Shown: positions 38,585-51,856 of the stretch, piece by piece | Numbering within the stretch: position 1 is the first letter of the stretch | Layout of the letters: each line of letters begins with the position of its first letter | Source of the DNA: Octopus sinensis | Lineage: Eukaryota | Assembly: GCF_006345805.1 (NCBI RefSeq) | Contig: NC_043003.1 | Location: forward strand, 56,668,001-56,732,000 | DNA: 64,000 nucleotides | Reading direction: 5' to 3' | Made by a program: the position numbers and the translations under genes | The notes under the pieces: model-generated | Seen by the model: the letters and a program-made list of their open reading frames with translations, nothing else | Database searches by the model: none | Told to the model about the DNA's origin: nothing

Positions 38585-38828
38585 GATGAATTAGGGTAAA
38601 TGTTTTTAAATTTTCACCTATTTCTGAATTACTAATACTGGCGGTGTGAGTTATGGCTGCTCTTTCTGGTGGACGAGTGACCTGTTGGGGTCACTCCTAA
38701 ATCGTTATATTTATATATTTAGTCGATGACCATTTTCTCTTTTTCACCAGGCCGCTGGTTGCGATAAATTTCTATTGAATTTTTTTGCTACCCTAAATTG
38801 ACTATATATATATATATATATATATATA

Positions 38829-40127
38829 CTAGCAGAGATACCAGGCGTTGTCCGGTTACATTGAACTGAAGAATTAGAATTTTCTGTAATGAAATGGAAT
38901 ATCTATATTTCGAATCTCATCCAAATTGCAGATGAGGGTTATTTCTCTCTTTACACACTCTAAAAAAATTGTAATCGTGTCATATGTATCCCATACTACT
39001 GATTTTTATGCGCATATTCCAAAATTCCAATCTTATTGAACCTGTTAAAAAAATTTTGCTCCTGAAAAATGAAGGTCATGGAGCTCTAAAATGTGAGAGC
39101 TATGGCCCCTGTTGGAGGTGGGCATCTTAATGTCAACCAGAGAAGTTGAATTGTTGAGAATCTTTTTAACTTAGGTCTTATATCTATTGTTTAAACTTCT
39201 TTGAAATAGTAAATATATGTTCACTGGGTTTGTAAAAGCGAGCAAAGCTAAAGGAAACCAAAAGACGAATGATCACAATAAGCGGTCAGTTACCCTACAC
39301 TAGTTGTCACCACTCCCAATGTAGGATTCCTCACCATCCAGGTGACAGGCACAGCCGTAAGATGCATTACGAATCTATTGCAATTGGAACGGCGTGACCC
39401 AACTGAAATCAAAATTAACAACTGTGTGACGTGAGGGCTAAGAAGAAATTAAAGTGTCACCTCTGGAGTTTGCAAATGACCACTATACTGATATGTAACT
39501 GGACAGAATAAATTTAAAATCTATAAATGTCTTTGAATAACCAGTCACTCATCTGGGTAGACCTTGAAATCAATGTTACCATCTGGGGACTATGTGTGAC
39601 CGAGTGATAATAAAAAGACTGAAAGGAGGTCTGCAATGAAATAACGTTACTCAACACTTTGCACCTGAATCAGTGGAGGCAAAGCTGCCTCTCATTTACT
39701 TGACAATTCATGCACCACATTGCAGAAATCACAATGTAAGTGTAAGTCAAAGCAAACTCTTACACTGTTGTACCATTGAATTAGAAATTATGCCCAACTT
39801 TTATGCTCGAGTAACCCTACAGCCTCCAAGAGCACAACTGTATTCGTTTTTGCTTAGATAAAATGACAAAATTGTGGTTGTTAAGTCCCCATGGAGGGGT
39901 CTTTCTAAATTTGTAAGAAGATGAAATTTTATAAATATTACTTCATTTGTGTCTAATATCTATGGTTAAAATTTCATCAACAGCAAAAAATATATGAATT
40001 CTCAAGGGGCCTTATTCATGAAATATAATTTCCGAATTTCATAAAGATCTATTCAGTACTTTTGACCTAGTTTTGAATCATAAAAGAAATGACTAAAATT
40101 TGGGAGTTAAGGTTCCCATTAGGGTGT

Positions 40128-40128
<1 letters not shown>
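38829..40128 (-). mobile_element. Older Helitron-like element; left terminus clear, right boundary approximate
   Basis: A|CTAGCAGAGATACCAGGCGTTGTCCGG resembles the 35067 terminus; right end AATTTGGGAGTT..TATATATA resembles the other end. Confidence 0.5.
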
Positions 40129-40165
<37 letters not shown>

Positions 40166-40198
40166 ATATAATATATATATATATAGATAGACAGATAG

Positions 40199-40277
<79 letters not shown>

Positions 40278-40344
40278 TACACACACTTACAAAGATAAAT
40301 TGATGGATACAACTGAGTGGGAAACAAAAACAGCCTAGTGCTTT

Positions 40345-40548
40345 TTTATGTTGATAAGCCTAGTACTTATTCTATTAGTTTGTTCTTGTGAAACCAGTAG
40401 GTTGTGTGGATGTAAATAAATGAACAGCAGTTGTGAAGCAGTGATGAGGGCGAAACACAGCGACAAAAGACACACATACACTCACATATATACGTACATA
40501 TATATATATACGATTGATTTGTTTCAGTTCCTGTCTACGAAATCCATA
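40345..40548 (-). mobile_element. SINE family A fragment
   Basis: ATAAGCCTAGTACTTATTC...TTTCAGTTCCTGTCTACGAAATCCA. Confidence 0.65.
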
Positions 40549-40552
40549 TATA

Positions 40553-40775
40553 TTGTTGTTGGCATCCTTTCTGTCTCGGGCGACAATGGAGTTGAGCATA
40601 AAATAATCTAGTCCGGCTTTTACATTTCATGTCCTAATACATCTCCTGTTGTGGCCGTGTAGTCCAATCCTGGACAAACACTCCCTCTGGCAGGTGCCGC
40701 AAATGTAGCGAAGACTTTGCCTGGCTGGTTGTAATATCATAGTTTCTTGTTGACGTATTTTCTTGTCTTTCCATT

Positions 40776-40812
<37 letters not shown>

Positions 40813-43232
40813 ACTCCTTTGTGTTCCCTCTTTTACGGTACGTCGCCAATCTCCACGATTGCTGGCAACTGCTTCCCAGTTAGTAATATTGCTGTTGCAG
40901 GCATTCATGTCTCTTTTGCCAACATCCTTGTATCGTAAGAACGGTCTTCCCACAGATGTATTGCCCCTAGGAAGCTCTCCGTTGAGTATGTCCTTGGGGA
41001 TTCTGCCATACGGCTAACATGTCCAAGCCATCTCATACGTCTTTGAGTGAGGAGTGCAAACATACTTGGTATTCCTGCTTGCTTGAGGACATCTTTCTTG
41101 GGGAGATGATTCTGCCATTTGATGCGATTTTCCAGATGCAGCGCAGGTGAAAGATAGTTAGGCGACGCTCTTGACGTCGTATGGCGTGTGTATGGCGTCC
41201 AAGTCTCACTTCCATACAGTAGAGTGCTAAGTACACATGCCTGGTAAATCTTCATTTTGTGGTCTTGGTCAGCTTATTGTTGTCCCATGCCAATTTGGAG
41301 AGTTGGGCCATCACAGCTGCTGCCTTGCCAATGCGTATATTGAGCTAAGCATCAAGGGATAGGTTGTAGGTGACAATAGAGCCAAGATAGGTAAACTTCT
41401 CCACCTCCTGTAGTCTGTGGTCTCCAATATGTATATTTGAGATGTCCGATATAGCCTGACCCATGATGTTGGTCTTCTTGAGGCTGATAACTAAGCCAAA
41501 GTTGCCACATGCTTGCTCAAACAGTTGATGATCCTTTGTAGGGCTGTGTGTGATACCAGAGCGGCTTCATTAGCAAATAGCATCTCCTTGATCAGGACGC
41601 TTCTGATTTTGGTCTTGGCACGCAGACACGAGAGATTGAACAGTTTCTCATCACTTCTACTGTGCAGAAACACTCCATCATCTGATGTCTCAAAGGCATG
41701 TGACAGCAGCAGCGAGAAGAAGATGCCAAATAATGTAGGAGCAAGAATACAACCTTGCTTTACCCCGTTTTTTATTTGGAAGCTGATGTTGAACCATTGT
41801 GCTGTATGGTGCCTTGCATATCAGCATGGAACGATTTGATGATCCTCAGCAGCTTTGGTGGACATCCGATTTTTTGGAGCAGGATGAAGAGGCCTTTTCT
41901 ACTTACCAAGTCAAAGGCCTTTGTCAGATCAATGAAGGCGTTATATAATGGCATTTTCGGCTCCCTGGGCTTCTCCTGAAGTTGGCGTATGGAGAATATC
42001 ATGTCAATAGTTGATCTGCTTCTTCTAAAGCCACACTGGATAAATTCGAGAAGCAAGCAGTTGCAGCATGGACAGGATAATGCGAGCAGAGGCCTTTCCA
42101 ACAGTGCTTAGAAGAGATATTCCACGGTAATTGTTACAATCACCACGGTCACCTTTGTTTTTCTAAAGCGTAATGATGTTAGCATCCCGCATATCCTGAT
42201 GGACTGTACCCTCTTCCCAGCACTGACACAGAAGCCCATGAAGGTGCCGAAGCAGGGTGGTGTTTTTGCCGGTTTTGATTATCTATAAGGGGATGTCGTC
42301 TTTTCCCGGAGCCTTGTTATTTGCTAGGGAGTCAATAGCCTTGGTGAGCACTGCTATAGATGGCAGACTGTCAAGTTCACACATGACTGGCAAGATCTTG
42401 GTACCCTCGATTGCAGCCTCAGCTACCGTGGTCTCTCGTGAGTAGAGATCCTGGTAGTACTTCACCCATGTATCTATTTGCTTGCTTTGATCCCTGATGA
42501 GATCACCAGGAGTTGATTTCAGAGGGGGTGACTTGGTTGCGGATGGACTGAGGGCATTTTTCAAACTGGCATACATCCCACGGGTGTCGCCACTGTCAGC
42601 AGCTTACTGGATACTCTGACACATTTCCTGCCAATACCTATTTGCACAGCGTCTGGCAGCGTCTGGCAGTTAGGCTTTGTAGAAGAATCACTCTTGTATT
42701 GTATCAGAGCTGCACGCTTTGCTTCGATAACTGTTTCCAATTCTGAGAGCCCAGCATTGAACCAATCTGGGTTTTGCCTTTCTCTCATGCCGAAAGTATC
42801 TATTGATGTGGTATACAAAGCATCCCTGATATAATTCCACCTACTTTCAGCAGCTACTGAGGGCAACCTTGATAGGAACAGTAAAACATTGTCGCAGTGT
42901 AGAGTCCGAGGTTCTGGCAGTGTTAATGCGTGGTCGGCCCATTTTCTTGGAGTAATAGACTTTTTTAGGCAGAATCCTCACCCTGTTTCTTATTAGTGAA
43001 TGATCTGTGTCGCAATCCGCGTTGTGGTAACTACGAGTCAGTTGAACAGAATTCAGAAAGGATCTTCGTGTAATGATGAGATCCAGCTGATGCCAGTGGT
43101 GAGATCTGGATGTCTCCAAGATGCCTTATGGGATGTCTTGTTGGCAAAGAATGTGTGTATGCACAGGTTATAGTATGTGCAAAATTCAAGTAGTCTCTGG
43201 CCACTGTCATTCATGTTGCCAATACCAAAACA
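40553..43232 (-). mobile_element. RTE-clade LINE, 5'-truncated, decayed (endonuclease C-terminus, RT, C-terminal zinc finger)
   Basis: GNMNDSGQRLLEFC, SWRHPRSHHWHQLDLIIT..DTDH, KAPGKDDIP, QCGFRRSRSTIDMIF..FIDLTKAFDLV, LFANEAAL, LLYGSETWT, RWLGHVSRM, CGTCQRECLSRIGLHGHNRRC; (CAA)n tail. Confidence 0.92.
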
Positions 43233-43288
43233 CATACACTTACATATATATACGAGTGATTTGTTTCAATTCCTGTCTACAAAATATC

Positions 43289-43366
<78 letters not shown>

Positions 43367-43424
43367 ACACACACACACAAATAAATTGATAGATACAACT
43401 GAGTGGGCAAACAAAAATATGAGA

Positions 43425-43762
43425 CACTGCATAGTGCTTTTTTATATTTTGATAAGCCTGGTACTTATTCTGTCAGTTTCATCTTGTGAAACCAGTAAGT
43501 TATGGGGATGTAAATAAACGAACACCAGTTGTGAAGCAGTGATGAGGAAGAAACACAAAGACACACACATAGACTTCCATATATGCATACATATATATAC
43601 AATTGATTTTTTTCAGTTTCTATCGACAAAGTCCACTGACAAGGCTTTGATTGGTCTCAGGCTATAGCAGAAAACACATGCCAAGTTACCACACAGTGGG
43701 ACTGAACTGAGGACCTTGTGTTTTGGAACCGAGTTTGTCACCACACAGCCACACCTGCACCT
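43425..43762 (-). mobile_element. SINE family A, diverged
   Basis: ATAAGCCTGGTACTTATTC...CAGTGGGACTGAAC...CCACACAGCCACACCTGCACC. Confidence 0.75.
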
Positions 43763-44064
43763 CTGTATGTGTGTATGGGTCTATATATGCATGTATATAT
43801 GTGTATATATATGTGTACATATTACTTGTACATCTATATATACATCTAGACATACATGTTTACATATACCTGTATATCTATAGAAATACATCTATACATA
43901 TACATATACAGCTATACATTTACATGTATACGTAATCATCTATATATATACATGTGTATGTATGTATATATATATACATCCATATATATACATGTATATA
44001 TATATATATATATAATATATATATATATAATATATATATAATATATATATAATATATATATATA

Positions 44065-44286
44065 TCCATATACATACAATAGAGATATGCTTTTGTTTCA
44101 CTTTTAACACGTAATACTGAAATGGTGGAGAAGATGTGATATTGCTGTGGGCTCGCCCTTGGCAAGAAGTTAAAAGATTTTTGTCCATGATACTCCTTGG
44201 ACCCTAAGTAAGACATATGTAAAATTTGAATGAAATTGTTTGTGTAGTTCTCAAGTTTTAGGGTTTCATACAGACAGACACACATT

Positions 44287-44300
<14 letters not shown>
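44065..44300 (-). mobile_element. Helitron-like terminal fragment
   Basis: AAAATTTGAATGAAATTG..TAGTTCTC..CAGACAGACACACATTCTCAGTTTATATATA parallels the right end of the 35.1-35.6 kb element. Confidence 0.45.
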
Positions 44301-44344
<44 letters not shown>

Positions 44345-44653
44345 ATATGCTCACTCACGCATACAAGTGAGTTTACAAACGAAACAATGTAGCACTCAAT
44401 AGCTTGATAGGAGTTACCGATATTTTTGGTAACAGTTTCATTGAGTTGCTCATATCGAGATGTTTCGAATTTCAGTACGACAGATCCGTCTCGTCACGTA
44501 TTCGAAGCATAGTCTGCTCTTAGCATCTGGAGAAATGGTCATGTTCTCCAGGCCAACATTTGTGTATCCATAAGGATAATTTTAGAATGAATTCGATTAT
44601 ATATCTACTGGATATATATGACATAGGCTTAAACGAAAGCTGCAACAGTAATA

Positions 44654-45092
44654 GAGACGCAGTCGTAAGAACGCAGTTTCGGTTCACAAAACAGGCATTG
44701 TGAGTATTTATTGAGCAAAAACACCTAAGCTCCACGATGCTTCGGCGGGGGATGGTGGTGAATCCCGCTGTACTCTTTCAACACAACTTTCTCTCACTCT
44801 TTCTTCCTACTTCTGCCACAAAGCAGAGGAACCATGGTGTGGTAAACTTTCAGACCCTAGTCTAGATTGCTAATCCTCTGTACCCCAGGATAGTTCAGCT
44901 CTCCACCCGTTAAAAGCCACCGCTTACGGAATGAGGATAGCAACGTAGCTTTCGCGCCCGTGCAACAGCCAGGCTATTGCGTGTGGTGGGTGGATCTTCA
45001 AGTTTCCACACGCATTCTTAGTGGCTTAGCATAGGCTCGAATCAGAGATTATTCTTTATTGCTAATGGCCTGAGTCCTGATTAGAAGACGAA
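44654..45092 (+). mobile_element. tRNA-derived SINE family C, 5'-eroded copy
   Basis: Colinear with 56322-56790 (GTGAGT.TTTATTGAGCAAAA, CTACTTCTGCCACAAAGCAGAGGAAC, CAGCCAGGCTATTGCGTGTGGTGGGTGGATCTTCAAG). Confidence 0.8.
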
Positions 45093-45599
45093 CAGCAACA
45101 GTAACAAACGTTCTCTTATTGGTTGGAATAAGAAGGGATGCTAATATCGTAACTGTTATATGCCACTGCCATATCGGTTTACTGTAACAGGGCTTCGAGT
45201 GATAGCATATACATCGTCGTATGGCATGGAATAAATCTCGATTCAAATTGTATACTATCATTTTAGAATAAAACGGAACAAAATATTAAAGCGTGTAGAC
45301 CTAGCTCACAATACGCTAAAAAATATATGATAATAGATAGGACGCCATAAGTCTCCTGTCTTTGTCTTAATTAATTACAACGGTAATTAATCTGTCGGAT
45401 AATTAGTGAATTACATAGGTGTTTTTTGTTTTTTTTATTATATTTTCAATTACGTAGCATTGCTTCCTTTATATGTCTGTATGTCTGCCTGTCTGTCCCT
45501 CTGTTTGTATCTGTCTCCCTCCCTCCTCTCTGGTTGTAGACTTGGAAGAATAGTCTGTTAAAACGAATATATATAGTTTTTGATATACCTATGTTGTTA

Positions 45600-45790
45600 A
45601 AGGCGGTGAGCTGGCAGAACTGTTATAGCACCGCGCAAAATGCTTAGCCGTATATCGTCCGTCTTTACGTTCTGAGTTCAAATTCCGCGTTTGCCTGTTC
45701 ATCCTCTCAGGATCGATAGAATGAATACCAGGATCAATGTAATCGACTTATCACTCACCTCTGAAATTGCTGGCTTTGTACCAAAATTTG
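45600..45790 (+). mobile_element. SINE family B, diverged
   Basis: AAGGCGGTGAGCTGGCAGAAC...GTTCTGAGTTCAAATTCCGC. Confidence 0.75.
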
Positions 45791-46279
45791 ACACCGATAC
45801 GTCTATTTTATTACAGACAGACAGACAGACAGAGAGAGAGAGAGAGAGAGAGAAACAGACAGACAGAGAGAGGATATGTTTACATGCTACTTGGAATATT
45901 TGTATTCAACGATCAAATAAGTATTTTTTTACATATTTCATAAGTTGTCTACAGTTTGGATTTCAAAGGATTGTTGCAGTCACAATTTAAACCCACTGTT
46001 CTTGGGCGCTTTATGTATCCTGTTCTGTGACAGAAAGACGAAAAATAAGAAGCGGTCTCAAGTAATCGTATTGCTCCAGAAGACAAATTCCTTGGCAGCT
46101 GTAAACAAGGCTCACTAAACAGAGACAAAGTATCACAAGACGTTCTTGGGGAAGTTTCAGAGGAAATGGAACACTGAATTGTCATCCGATGCTGGAACTT
46201 AAGAGATGCATATTTCTCTCCTCTTTTTTTCATTCTCTTGCAAGAAAAATCAAATACTAAAATTATTACTAAATCTAAT

Positions 46280-46492
46280 ATGGTTTCAAATTTAGGTACC
46301 AGACCGGCAATGTTGTGAGAGTGGATATAATCTATTCATCGACACCAGTGATCAACTGGTACTTATCCTTTCGATACCAAAAGAATAAAAGGCAATCACC
46401 TCCGCAGAATTTGAACTAAGAAAGCAATGCACCGAAGAAACGCTGCTAAACAATTTTTCCGGCACGGTAATGAGTCTGCGAGCTCGCCACTT
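46280..46492 (-). mobile_element. SINE family B, diverged
   Basis: AACTGGTACTTA...GAATTTGAACT...GAGCTCGCC. Confidence 0.65.
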
Positions 46493-48199
46493 TAGTAATA
46501 TGTATAAGGTAAATCCCCAAGAAGACAGAATTGCCGGTTAATTTTAACCTGACGTTAAACATCAAAAACCTTTAATAACGAGAGGTACTGTTTTAAAATT
46601 ACTGAGCAACAGCTTAGAAATAACAAGGAACTCCATCAAATTTCGTTCGGTTTTGTTAATAAATAAAGGATAATTTCGCTAATGTTGTACAAGGTATGCA
46701 ATGTTTTCGAGGGAACGATGTGTCGTAGCCCACACAGCTTGTTCAAGCTATAGCTTAACTGCTGCAACAAAGTCTGGAGTAATGGAATAACCGAGTCTCG
46801 AGGTTTGGGGCTCTACTATTCTTACAAAGATTAATTGAAAAACAAAATGAAATTTGTTCACAGAAAATAAATAATTCAATTAATTTTAATAATTCCAATA
46901 ATTCAGTTTCAGATTATTAAACTAATAATTTAGTTTCATTTCATTAACGTTCATTAGAAAACGGAAGTCTCTTGAGAAATTTATCACCTTTACAGTCTCT
47001 CTATAATACTACGCTGACTGGAACCGGTGTGACGCCACAATTAAAGTTGAAAAGATGATGTTATGCCTCAACTCATCACTGATCGACTTGAACAACTAAT
47101 GATGGCATTCCAGTCGTGACCATCCGTTTCTTTAGGTGTATCTGGGACTGCATTTTCCTAACTATGTTGCTTATAAATTGCATCGGATAAGAATATATAC
47201 TATTTTCATCTTTACTATGCCTTGTAAAGTATTTGTCGGACTTATAATTGTTTTCAGTCTTTAAGCCACTAGTAAAGAGCAATCTTTTACGATCGCAAGA
47301 GAAATCTAATTGATTTTCTATCGAGTCCCTTCCTATCCATTTGACGAGTGCAGCATATTCTAGAAGTTAATTCTTACTGCCAGATGTTCTGGTTGTTTTA
47401 CTTGTTCATTACTGAAGAAAGAGTCCAATCCTCTCATAATCACGTTCAAGCAAGTTTGTTTAATCCATACCAGGCTTCATCGAACATATCCTGAAGAAAG
47501 ATATTCAAGTCTGGACCAATCATATTTTAGAAGACATAGTACATGCAGAATTATAGATTAATTATTTTCCTTCATCCCTCAAATCAAAGGAAAACTCTAA
47601 TTGTCTACTTTGAAGATGCGTTTTATTTGTAAGAAATGATGAACACATAGAAAAACCAGTTAAAACTTACGTATTAAGGTAACTCACAACGACTCTAATT
47701 TATCAAAAGGTGAATACCTTCCGCTGTGAAGGGGATTATTAACGTTAATGTTACATTCTGTTGAAGGCAAGGGAAGCAAGTCATGAATTGAAATTGATGA
47801 AACTTTGAAAAATCGAAAGAGGATATATAAGAGTATGTGAGTCTGATGTTTCCTAAGTACACAGTAGATATATCCATCAATTTAAATCTCTTCGGCGAAA
47901 CATGGCCATCACTGTACATACCATGTCTTAGAATAAATGTCAACATTTACACTGAATTTTAGTATAGCTATTTTAATGTATAATATAAGCTCGACAAAGT
48001 TAGAAACATTTCAAGTTTCACTATTTCCTTTAGAGTATAGCATACAGTGTACGAACAACAATCATGAGATTTGAAACATTTAAACTTTCGGTAAGATTTC
48101 ATTCAAATCGAAATTACTTTACGTCAATTTTCCAAAATGTAATGAAGTGTATTTGCATAACTTTTCTTCTATACACGTTACATAACCGAGAGTATAATG

Positions 48200-48247
<48 letters not shown>

Positions 48248-49438
48248 TAATAATAATAATAATAACATACATATACAATATTACATTTAAAAAAAATATT
48301 CAGGTGTATTATACTTTTCGGCACACTGGTACGTTCTTATTTTGAACATATTAATAACGTAGAAAATATATTGCAAATATTATTTCTTTGTTCTTTGTTA
48401 GCTTTCATTCTTTTATTACTGTTATTATTACTTCTGCCGTTGTTGATATTATTATTATCATTATTATTATTATTATTATTATTAGTTAAATTCCAGCTTC
48501 TTTGAATGTTGCAACAACAGAAACGTGCAACACATGCAACATCTGGAGTTTAATTTAACTTAATTCGATTTGCAATTCACCTCTGCTACGCATACAAATA
48601 ACATTATGACGTCTTTGTCATAATTAATTAGTCTGTTAATTAATTAATTAGCTTGTTAGCTAGGTACTGAGTTATTTAGGTGCTTTTTTGAAAAAAATAA
48701 CAATGAAAATAATAGTAATTTCAATGTATTTCTCTCTCGCTCACTCTATTACATACACCTCTTCTGTATGTCGCATGGGGAGAATCGCCCACTGAAACGA
48801 ATGTGCTTTATTTTTATACGTGTGTTTGCAAGAGGCAGGATGTATTGTAAGAACATGGGTGTTTATCGGGGGTGGTTCATGGTATTCTAATGCATAGAGT
48901 TTTGTGTATTATTGATCTTGGTTTCTCTTAGCTCAATAGGCAAGATGTTTAAATGTGGATGAAGTTAATTCCAGCAATCTAAGTATTCATATCTTAAAAG
49001 AGAAACATCGGGTGGTTATGAATAACAATACAGAAAATATTATATGGATTTTATGAGGAAGCCTCTAAGTAGTCGATCAGCTTGCTAGAAACAAATTCCC
49101 TCAAATAGCACTCAGCCAGCTTACAAGGTGAATAAATAAGTAACGATTGAATACAAGATGGGATGGACTCGCCCTGGACGTCAATGTTAAGTATGTTTAA
49201 TTAAGAATGTTCACGCGCTAAAAATCCCAATGCGTATGAAAAAATATAAACAATTATATTTTGGTTTAAAAACACAATCTGATCCATTTTAATCGGTTAC
49301 GATTACTGGTGTTTGTGCTTGATCATTTAAGCTTTCTAACCATGGAGTATTTAGGACTACACTGCTCAATTTGATCCTCATTTCCAAGAGTTCAGTATGT
49401 GACCCGGAGAAAATTTACTTACTATTTCTGAAAATATA

Positions 49439-49669
49439 TATTTCTTTATTGCCCACAAGGGGCTAAACACAGAGGGGACAAACAAGGACAGACAAAGGGA
49501 TTAAGTCGATTATATCGATCCAGTGCGAAACTGGTACTTTATTTATCGACCCCGAGAGGATGAAAGGCAAAGTCGACCCCGGCGGAATTTGAACTCAGAA
49601 CGTAACGACAGACGAAGTACCGCTAAGCATTTCGTCCGGCGCGCTAACATTTCTGCCAGCTCGCCGCCT
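49439..49669 (-). mobile_element. SINE family B, tail type 1, full length, with 16-bp target-site duplication
   Basis: TATTTCTGAAAATATA at 49423-49438 and 49670-49685 flanks the SINE. Confidence 0.92.
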
Positions 49670-50575
49670 TATTTCTGAAAATATAGGGTAACCACAACGA
49701 ATGGACAACATCGTCAACTTCATGTATAAGTTAGTTATGGAATGTTTTGAAATTTATATTATTTTATCTGGGGGTTTTTTCTCGACATATTTCTCAAAAT
49801 AACAAAATTAGCGTAAGAATAGGTATTTGAAGTTTTTGGTAGGTCTACTTCAGTGCAATATCTACAAATTAAAAGTTTGATATTTTGTGTTCTGTCACAA
49901 GTAATTCGATGTGTTTGAGATCTAATCTTAAGCCTCACCATCAAACATTACTAAAGTAAATAACAAATAGCAACTAAATAGAAATGAGTTATGTAAATCA
50001 GACATTTAAACTAGTGGCAATACTGAATTAAATCTTAGTTATATGAATTTAAAATGATAGACTCTATGAAGCAGACCTGCATGAGATACAACTTTATTAA
50101 GACAAACAGCATTCAGTTCTGCTCCTTCCTTAATACGATTAAAGGACAATTTTATACTTTCGACTAATGTCTTTTAGTTGCTGTGTGCCAGAGTAACTGG
50201 TAGTGAACTTTTGGTGACCCTCCAAGACTGGTGTATTTGGTGTTATTAATGCCGTCCAACATTTCCAGAGAAGAACGAGCAAGAATGCATCTAGAGGCTG
50301 TTGACTGGTTGTAGTAATTCGGGCGGGACTCAGTGCGGTTGGATATACCACCACGGATATGAGAAGAGGAAAAACAGCCTAATAAGCTGAAGATAACATA
50401 GAGAGTAGTGTTACTGGAATTGTTGTTGCTTGTGGAGGTCTGGTTATTGTTTTCGTTGTTTACATAGCTTTGTGCATTGGGAAACCTTCAGGTATAATGG
50501 GAAAAACGTACCACTGGGAAACCTCCATAATTTGGTAAAAGTTGCCAACAATTATTATGAAAGACACATTGGATA

Positions 50576-50737
50576 GGCGCAGGAGTGGCTGTGTGGTAAG
50601 TAGGTTGCTTACCAACCATATAGTTCCGGCTTCAGTTCCAATGCGTGGCACCTTGGGCAAGTGTCTTCTACTATAACCACGGGCCGACCAGAGCCTTGTG
50701 AGTGGATTTCGTAGACGGAAACTTAAAAAAGACTGTC

Positions 50738-50806
<69 letters not shown>

Positions 50807-51027
50807 ATATGTATAATGTTTGCGTATCTGTGTTGTCTCCCCAACATCGCTTGACAACCGATGCTGGTGTGTTTATGTCTCCGTCATTTAGCGGTTCGGC
50901 AAGAGAGAGCGATAGAATAAGTACTAGGCTTAGAAAGAATAAGTCCTGGGGGCGATTTGCTCGACTAAAGGCGGTTCTCTAGCATGGCCACAGTCAAATG
51001 ACTGAAGCAAATAAAACCATAAAAGAA
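50576..51027 (+). mobile_element. SINE family A, full length
   Basis: GGCGCAGGAGTGGCTGTGTGGTAAG...GGCACCTTGGGCAAGTG...(TA)n(TG)n...CATGGCCACAGTCAAATGACTGAA. Confidence 0.9.
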
Positions 51028-51856
51028 TTGGATTATATTACGTGCTAATTCACATCACAAACACGCGGCGCCGAGTTTCATCGTATACAAAGTATTGTTA
51101 TAAAATCTCCTTTCCATCGTTTGGGACTTTCTAAGCATCTCATGTGGAGGAGTTATTGTTTTTAGCCCCAGCGCAGCCGTGTTTGAGGCAGACTTATTAT
51201 CAATGTCATTGAAGCTGTCCCCATGCTTTATTTCTAAATCTGTAGCAACATTATCTAATGTAAGCACTTGAAGCTGCCACAGATTTCTGTTTTGAGGTAG
51301 GGTATTCAGGAAACATTAGGAATTTTTAATACATCAAACGAATTCATGTTACTTCTTTGACTGCAAAATCAATCGTGCGTTCGTCCATCTTTATTTCAGC
51401 ACAATTGTGATACATGTTTATAGTTTTAATTATGCATATGTATGTGTTTGTGTGGGTGTGTGTGTGAGTGTATGTTTCTGTGTGTATGTGTGTGTTGGTG
51501 GGTGGGTGTGAGTCTGCATGTGCGTGCGCGCGTGTGTGTTATAACCATTGACCTAGATTGAAATTACATGTTTCCTCTCTCGAGATTAATTCGTTCTGCC
51601 ATCCTCGAACGGCCAGGACTATAAAATGACTAAATTATTCTCACTTCCTAATTATAATAAATTTGACTTACTCAAAATTGAATTTTGCTATTTGTCACTT
51701 AACAGTCGTAAAGAACGCGTAAAACACACTCACACACAAATGCATCTGTATGTGTTTATCTTTCTATGTATTTGTTTCACCGATCACTTTATATGTGTGA
51801 AGGATATCAATATCTTTAAGGCACGAAAGAGGTCATTTACAATATTTGATTGAGAC

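Larger units (their letters stand above)
37513..38803. repeat. ~471-476-bp tandem unit arranged head-to-head (arms 37513-38105 and 38103-38803) between (TA)n tracts
   Basis: TATAACGATTTAGGAGTGACCCC recurs at 37513 and 37984; TAAAAGGATGAATTAGGG recurs at 38103 and 38579; the right arm is the reverse complement of the left. Confidence 0.95.

Noticed and set aside
39000-39200. PPTGAIA as a PIF1-helicase motif remnant inside the Helitron-like element
   Set aside because: Single short, imperfect motif in a stop-rich frame
42490-42530. CTGATGA within the RTE
   Set aside because: Antisense of LINE coding sequence; no downstream GAAA box
45949-47946. Several 68-94 aa non-repetitive ORFs and possible exons
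   Set aside because: No recognisable domain and no consistent splice chain
51055-51340. Minus-strand 70-86 codon open frame
   Set aside because: No homology recognised and no clear acceptor in frame
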